NCBI RefSeq assembly: GCF_009914755.1
Contig: NC_060928.1
Reading direction: 5' to 3' (one strand)
From: the human T2T-CHM13v2.0 reference genome, Homo sapiens
DNA: 64,000 bases
Part shown: one piece after another, positions 56,508 through 64,000 of the stretch
How the letters are laid out: each line of letters starts with the position of its first letter
Position numbering within the stretch: position 1 is the first letter of the stretch
Program-made: the position numbers and the translations under genes
The notes under the pieces: model-generated
Told to the model about the DNA's origin: nothing
The model's database searches: none
Seen by the model: the letters and a program-made list of their open reading frames with translations, nothing else

Positions 56508-56526
56508 ATCCCACTAGAGGGCCATT
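56508..56526 (+). promoter_or_regulatory. Candidate CTCF binding site
   Basis: CCACTAGAGGGC core at 56511-56522 matches the CTCF core CCASYAGRKGGC, in non-repeat sequence. Confidence 0.55.
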
Positions 56527-58899
56527 GTGATTGTAGAACTGTAAAGGCAGGGAGAAAAAAAAAACCTAAACCACCCTTCCCAAGTCCCACCTAAAATCAG
56601 TGAAACGGAAGCACTGGGAGCCGTTGATTTTAGGATTTATTTTTACAGTTTTTTCCCCTTTCCTTTCACTCGGTGTGTGGTTATTATTTGGGGCTGTGTC
56701 TTTGTTCAGTACTATTATGGAAGTTTGCCGATGACTTAGAAATGGGCCCTGCCTCACGGAGTCAGCAATACCAGTTGTTGGATGGGCTGGTGCTGTTCCC
56801 AAGACAATGCGTACATGAAACTTCTATAAAAATTCATGTGATCTTGATGCTAACATTTATTTGAAAAGAAAATGAAATTTGCTTACCCTACAATTAGCCT
56901 GAAGTTCTCTCATCCTGTTATTACACAAGAAAATACATGCATAATTGTGTCAATTAATAGAGATAGTAATTCAAATCTTCTGTGACAGAAACACAGAACA
57001 ATCCAATTCTGTTTCAGATCTTCCTCCTTTGAAAATGTGTATGCCAGTTTTCTTGGCACAACTATCCTCACTGCTGTATAGACAGTTACAGAGTTAACAA
57101 AATCGACAAACCACAAAAATATTTTGATAGAGGATGCTAACAAATTAGATTTAGGGGAATCTCATTCTAATATTTCAATCTATTGAATAGTTCTGCTAAG
57201 CCTGCAATATGTAAAGTGAGTCAAGTGAAAATATTTTAAGTGACCAGTTGATTGAACTTGACCTTTGCTTTCTTTTGAAATGGACCACCAAGAAAGAAGA
57301 AAGTATTTTATCTCATTTTTAGTTAATCTTGCCCATGAGATTGCGACAATATGTCATGCATGCATCTATTTTCATTCATGCTGTTTTTATACAAATGCTG
57401 AAAGGAGGAAGTATTTGTACCCCAGTTTGTCAAAACTCCCCTAAATATGGAATAACTCTCAAAGGTTTGTTAAATTCATAGTATTTGCCACTAAAATATA
57501 TTGAGGTTCAGGAATATAGTGTTTGATGTTCCACAAAACATATGAAATCACACTTTTTAGTTAATGGAAGATGATTTGCCTTTAGATTAAATTTGAATGG
57601 TTGAAAATATTTGGTATTCCTCACAAACATCAAAGTTGTCTCTTGTTAAAATAGGCACTTGATTTTATGCTGTTTTAGTAATATGAGCTATAAATATTAT
57701 TCTTAATATGAGTTGGTAGGCCGTATAAACTAATGAGATCACTCTTGTAAATTTTCTCTAGAAACATTTGGGTTGAACCATATCAAATTTCCATTTTGTA
57801 GTTCAAAAATGGTCAACAATCAGCAATTTCATATGATTCAACTGTCTCTCCTTGAGATTAAAGCGGATTTCAAATTCACTTTAATAATGGTTTCTCTCGA
57901 CACAAGGACCATGGTTCAAACAGCCTTTCCTCATGAAAGGATGACTAACACATGTATATTTCTGTAACACATTCTTCCTTAAAAATCAGAGGAGAAGACC
58001 CACAAAACCTTTGTTAGTGAACTAAGCATTTCTTCAAACAAGTTCTATTTGAAAGTGCATGTTGATGGTGAAGGACAAACGCAATTGAAGATTGAATTAC
58101 TTACCTGTAAAGGTGACATCTCAAAATAGTGCCTAATGTTTATTAGGGGAGACTGATGTATTTTTTCTCTCTATCTTATCTCTCAATAGGTAAGACTGTG
58201 AAGGTACTACCTTTTCACCACATTAAAATTCACTCTGGGCCCAGTAAAATCTGCCAGTTGATTCCCAAGAGGCCCTCTGGGGACAGAGCCATTAGTGAAA
58301 TGCACAATGTAATTAGACTGTAGACTGTGAAATTTATTCACAGTTGTATGATATGAGATTTTTACCTGCACTCAACTGTGGTTTTTCTTTTGAAATCCCT
58401 CCATATCATGTTTTTCTGCAGCATTTTTCTTCCATGCCTCTTCTCAAGGCATGTGTTTCAGCAATTTAGAGAAGTTACACAATATTCTATTTCAATAGAA
58501 AGTATGTCATCTAAAGTTAGCCCATAATAAAGGTCTTATGGAATTCACAGATTTAATATAAATGAGGTCATTATGTTTTAACTCTTATAAACAAAATTTC
58601 AAATAGGGTTTATGATAATTTTCCAGAAATGGAGAATCTCACAAAATAACTTGCTGTGTTCCAATGTATTGATGTGCAATAAAACAAATTAAATGCTAAA
58701 TGTGAATTTCCATTCATTTAAAACCGAATTTTTTTTAATGCTTCCTCTCAGGCTATACTGGTTATTGTGGATCCAAAAATCCTAGGACACAGACTTTGCC
58801 CTCAAATTATTTACTGCATAGTGGGTGGCCTGAAAAGCAAACATAAGCACTAAATATGGAAAAATGCAAAAGGCAATGGGACCATAAAAGGAACAGGTT

Positions 58900-60250
58900 T
58901 GTTTACAGAGAAAATTCCTTTTACTTGTTGAGACTTGAATAATAGGAAAATATCTTCCAGGCAAAAGAGACCAAATAAATAACAAACCCACAATTACAGA
59001 ACCTTGAAGAAACTTGGAATGTTTGAGTACTACAGTTCAGATTGTTGAAGAATTAAGTGCCACAGAGGGAAGAATTGAGGGTAAAGAGCTGGCTGAGTAG
59101 TGAGGTCTAGATCTTATAGGGCAGTGCATGCCATGAAAATAAATACAAATTTCACTCTTCATAGAAGTGCAAGGCAATTCAAGAATTTTGAGCAGTTGAG
59201 GAATATAGTACATTTAATTGTAAGTTTGATTTCTCTGATGGCAGTGTGGATAAATAACTTGAACAGGGGTGAGACTGAGGGGTGAGGTGTGACTCCAATA
59301 GCCCAGTAAAGAGATGATAAATGTCGAAACCAGTGCACCTGAAGTCTGATGGAAGCAGAAGCATGGATAGGAAAGAGATTTAGAAAATGGAGTTGACTGG
59401 ACTTAACTGATTGAATATGAAATGCTAGGTAAAAAGAAAAAAGGATTTAGGATGATGTCTGGTAAGACCCTCACATTTCTTTCAATTCTCATCTATATGC
59501 TGGGGGCCATTTAATTATTTCTTCAGCCCATTCCTCTAAATTTGCCATTTTCATTTCTAATATCTACTTCAGCACATTGTGCCCCATGGTTCTCTTGCTG
59601 CCAGAGGTGCTCCCCTTTGGATGTACCTTACACACGCCATCATCATTTGCCTTAGCTCCAGCTATAAACCTGTTTTTCAGGCTTAAATATCATTCTTCTT
59701 TATTTCCCATATCCAATAACTATGTAGCTCTGTACATTTTTCTTAAAAATATTTCTCAAATCTACTACTTTTTATTCCCACTCCCAAAAATTCTTGTGAA
59801 ATATCATTTTAACTAATCTCCCAGTCTTGCCTTCCTTCTCTCCTGCTCTCCAATTCACACTTCACAGTGAAACTAAAAAATGTTTCAATACTTAACTAGA
59901 CACACCTGAAATCGTTAATCATGGTTTTTAAACTTTGATCTCTGCCACCTTCTCAAACCAAATCTCACACCAGTGACTCTGCCCTCCATACAAGTAATTT
60001 CTTTAATTTGGGTGTACTGGTCTCTCTTCTTGCTTCAGCAACTTCACCATGTGCTTTTCTCACTTTCCGAAATGCTCTTTCTCTTCTCCCACCTCTTAAC
60101 ACAAATAACTGTAATGTTTCTGAAGCCAGCTTAGGTATCACTTCCTTAGGGAAGTGTTTGTGATCACTCCAGACTACAGTAATACCCTAGTCATAAGTTT
60201 ACATCATGCTCTAAATCATGTTGTTGTATCACTGAATAAATACTCTTAAC
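58900..60250. mobile_element. L2 fragments in opposite orientations (minus ~58900-59460, plus ~59700-60250)
   Basis: Purine-rich antisense L2 (GAGTTGACTGGACTTAACTGATTGAATATG) followed by pyrimidine-rich sense L2 (GGTATCACTTCCTTAGGGAAG). Confidence 0.55.
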
Positions 60251-60574
60251 AGGGAATAATGTGAGACTATAAAGTTGGAGTGTTATGTTTCTGCAGTGGG
60301 ATGGTCATAGGTGAAAGGAAAAAGTTGAATGGAGGGAAAGGTAATTAGAACTTAAGAGGTCCAGGATCTGTGAGGTTGGTTTGTTACATGTGTCAAATAC
60401 AAGGAAATTAAAGAACTGCAAGATAATAGCAAGCCCTGAAGGCGTGACCAATAGGGTAAACTAGGTACAAAACTCTGTAATGAATGCGTAGGAATTCAAT
60501 GGAGAGGAACATTAGACTAATTATGAGGACATTAAAGAAGAAATTTTTTTAATGTGTTGTCCTTGGCTGCTTAA

Positions 60575-61278
60575 TTTTTTTATTTCAATAGGTTTTTGGG
60601 GAACAGGTGGTGTTTGGTTACATGAATAAATTCTTTATTGGTGATTTCTGAGATTTTGGTGCACCCATCACCCAAGCAGTGTACACTGTACCCAATGTGT
60701 AGTCTTTTACCCTCTCCACCCCCTACCTTTCCCTGAGTCCCCAAAGTCCAATGTATCATTCTTATGCCTTTGTGCCCTCATAGCCTAGATCTCACACATG
60801 AGTGAGAACACACAGTGTTTGGTTTTCCATTCTTGAGTTACTTCACTTAGAATAATAGTCTCCAATTTCTTCCAGTTGCTGCAAATCTGCAAATGCCATT
60901 ATTTCATTCCTTTTTATGGCTGAGTAGTATTCCATTATATATACACACACATACCACATTTTCTTTATTCACTTGTTAATTGCTGGACATTTGGACTGGT
61001 TCCATATTTTTGTGTGCAGGTATCTTTTTCATATAATGACTTCTTTTCCTCTGGGTAGATACCCAGTAATGGGATTGCTGGATCAAATGATAGATCTACT
61101 TTTAGTTCTTCAAGGAATCTCCACACTGTTTCCAAAGTGGTTGTTTACATTCCCACCAACAGTGTAAATTGTTCCCTTTTCACTGCATCCATGCCAACAT
61201 CTGTTATTTTTTGATTTTTTGATTATGTCCATTCTTGGAGGAGTAAGGTGTTATCACATTGTGGTTTTGATTTGCATT
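60575..61278 (-). mobile_element. 5'-truncated L1PB1-like 3' end
   Basis: TTTCAATAGGTTTTTGGGGAACAGGTGGTGTTTGGTTACATG...GGTAGATACCCAGTAATGGGATTGCTGGATC...GTGGTTTTGATTTGCATT. Confidence 0.92.
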
Positions 61279-61721
61279 AGAAGGAATGAATTTTGAAGAA
61301 GTGTGTGATGCAATGAGCTAGAAACAGCAATAAACTGCCACTAGGAAGAAGATATGGTATTGACTTCTGAATATAGAAAGAGAGTTCAAATTAAGATGGA
61401 GAAATAAACCAAGGAGCTAGATGTATGGACAAAGGCTGAAATGAAAGTAATATAGAAGAAAGATATTAAGAGAGAGTTATACCTGGTGAATGGCAATAGA
61501 TGACAGGAGAACAAAGGGAATTTCTCAATTCAAAGTTTCTGAATAGAATTTAGTTTAAAATTACTCTGATAAAAGCATTGACACAACCTTCCATGTAGGT
61601 GGATACGTAGCAATTATCACCTGCTGATGAATCTCAATTGCATTAAAAGGATGAAAGTTAAGTAAGTCTCTATGTCTAAAAAGTAGGAAGTGAGGATACT
61701 GTGATGCTTATGATCAGTTAG

Positions 61722-62508
61722 AGGAGAAGTCCACAAACCATAGACTGTGAGCCAAATCTTGTCCTATGGCTGTTTTTGTGAGAACCATGAATTAAGAATA
61801 GTTTTATATTTTTATATGGTTGAAAAAATATCAAAAGAAGAATACTTATTTATATTCACTGTTTTGACAATAGCCATGCACTGACTGTTCTAAACTTTTG
61901 CATTTGTTAACTCACTTAAGCCTTACCATGAACCTGTGAAGTAGATACTATCAGTAATTTTTAGATGAAAAAACTGAGACTTCTATATAGGTTAAGTAAG
62001 TAGTCAAAGATTACAAGTCAGTCAGCTGGAACTGAAACCCAAGGAGGGTTCCACAGAAGCTATGGTTTTAACTTGCTTTCTTACGTGAAAGAAAGATTGT
62101 GATGGCAATCTATTAAGTTTGAACAAGAGAGAAGCAGGAAACATATTCTGATATAATTCAGAATGAAGAGCACTTGCTTTATCGAAGCAAGGAAAGACTT
62201 TGTAGAATGAGACCATGATTCTACCATGATGATAGGGAATTAACTTTAAATCCTAATTAATCAAAAATGTTATCTTCCCCCCAAAAGAATTCTATTATAA
62301 TTAGTAGGTGTGTATTACAGAAATTATACTCAATTTTTATTATTATTATATTTTGAATTTTTTCAATTAAAATTTTGTGGATATCTGTTTTTATTTTTTT
62401 GTTATGTAAGTACCTAGAGTTTTCTGAATTTTGTCTCTTGACCTGCAAAGTCTAAAATCTAACATAGTTAGTAACTAGCCCTTTATAGAAAAAGTTTAAT
62501 TACTCCTG
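61722..62508 (+). mobile_element. MER58/Cheshire-type hAT fragments (approx 61722-61850 and 62290-62508) with a MIR fragment between
   Basis: GAGCCAAATC...TGTTTTTGT...TGGTTGAAAAAATATCAAAAGAAGAAT, and CCTGCAAAGTCTAAAAT...GCCCTTTATAGAAAAAGTTT end. Confidence 0.55.
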
Positions 62509-62864
62509 TGGTATGGTTTGGCTGTGTCCCCACCCAAATCTCATTTTGAATTCCTATGTGTTGTGGGAGGGACCCAACGGGAGGTAATTGAATCGTGGGG
62601 GCAGGTCTTTCCTGTTCTGTTTTCGTGATACTGAACAAGTCTCAGAAGATCTGATGGTCTTATAAGAGGCAGTTTCCCTACACAAATTCTTTCTCTTTGC
62701 CTGTCACCATCCACGTAAGATGTGATTTGCACCTCCTTGCTTCCCACCATAATTGTGAGGCCTCCCCAGCCATGTGGAACTGTAAGTCCATTAAACCTCT
62801 TTGTTTTGTAAATTGCCCAGTCTCTGGTACATCTTTATTGCCAGCATGAAAATGGACTAAAACA
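62509..62864 (+). mobile_element. THE1 (THE1A-like) MaLR solo LTR
   Basis: TGGTATGGTTTGGCTGTGTCCCCACCCAAATCTCA...CCATCCACGTAAGATGTGA...ATTAAA...AAAATGGACTAAAACA. Confidence 0.93.
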
Positions 62865-64000
62865 CTCTGGCTTAGGGTAATAACCTGCAAGTTACTCATT
62901 CCAATTGAAAAATGAGATAAGCATGAATTATATAAAGTCATGTCTACCATTAATATTTGATAAGACCATTAAGCATTTTTGCATCATATCATGCTTAGAT
63001 TTCTCTTACCAAAGTCTTTGATCCATTTTTCAATCACTTCCATTTTCTTACTAACTAAAGACACCAAACTAGAATGTCTCTTAGTGCAGGGAGTTTGCTT
63101 TCTCCATAGGGGATATGGCCATTGGGAAGTACATCTGTTCTTGCTGTTTGAGGTTTCTTTGTTAGCTTATTCCTCCCGCACAACCAGTATCAATTGTCCC
63201 CTGTGCATATACTCACTTCATTTCTGCCAAATTTTGCCAGATGTTAGTTGCGTTACTGAGACAAGAAGATGGCCAATATCCAAAGTCCCAGATCAGGTAT
63301 CTCCTGCCAATGCTCACCTTAATTTCTAGGGGATACAGGTATACAGAAAATCCCCCTATATAGCAACTCACAGTGACAATTTCAGTGTCAAGCCAGTTTT
63401 ATCCTAGTATGCTGTTATATTTGCATATAATAAAGGTGCCTAGCATAATATCTTTGCTGTCTCCAAACCCAGGATTATAATATTTAAGTCTTTTTAGTTT
63501 ATTTTCCAATTTTTTTCACATCTATGCATCTAAGTGAAAATAAATGTGATGGGATTGATGTAAATAGCAAATGCCATTACATCTAGACCATGAATTTCTA
63601 ATTAAAAAAGTCAGAATGCCAAGAAGAGAAAGTTGTGTAGATCTCATTGTTTTGAGAAGACTAGTAAAGGACACAGCCAGACAGAGATGAGCTTTCAGGG
63701 GGAAGCCAGGAGAATAAATTTGCTTTAATTGCTCCCCTTTCTTCCCCAGATCTCTTCTAAGATGTCTTGATCGACTGACCCCAAAGCCAGAGGGTACCAG
63801 GTCAAAAAGCAAGGTACTAAGGGGGTTGGGGGTAAATTTGGAATACCTGATAGAAGACATCTCTTATTACTTCCCTTTCAAAATTCAGTCAATGAAAACT
63901 CACCCATGTTTATGTGCCTGTTATTGCACTAAAACTGGATATACTTCAGTAAATGAAGCTGACTCATAGTCTAGTCCATGGGTCACCTGGTGGGCAGTGT

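Noticed and set aside
60536-60575. Possible short L1 3' transduction between two T-runs next to the L1PB1 tail
   Set aside because: The putative TSD (AGAAGAAATTTT vs AGAAGGAATGAATTTT) is too degenerate and the segment too short to support the claim.
63981-63995. CTCF-like CCACCAGGTGAC on the minus strand
   Set aside because: It mismatches the conserved GGC end and lies at the window edge.

Overview
AT-rich, CpG-depleted primate genomic DNA. It is almost certainly human, because it carries a full-length AluYb8 with the diagnostic 7-nt GCAGTCC duplication. It reads as intergenic or deep intronic: I find no credible protein-coding exon, tRNA, rRNA or CpG island, and the supplied ORFs are short, repeat-derived or chance. 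Much of the window is interspersed repeat: about 10 Alus (J, S, Yb8), L1PB/L1MA/L1MB/L1MC/L1ME fragments, L2 and MIR remnants, solo LTRs (MLT1, MLT2, MSTA, THE1, MER21) and DNA-transposon relics (Charlie1-type, MER3, Tigger2a, MER58, MER104-like). Subfamily names are from recalled consensus features, not a database search, and boundaries of old elements are approximate. I found no new gene system. The best observations are mutational or structural: an exact 34-bp templated insertion inside an Alu, copied from unique DNA 1.4 kb away; further same-strand short paired duplications spaced 1.2-1.6 kb apart; a split, inverted Alu with an (ATACCA)n microsatellite; a ~2.3-kb L1 deletion at a solo LTR with no target-site duplication (TSD); candidate non-coding exons; and a CTCF-like site in a repeat-poor, CpG-retaining block.
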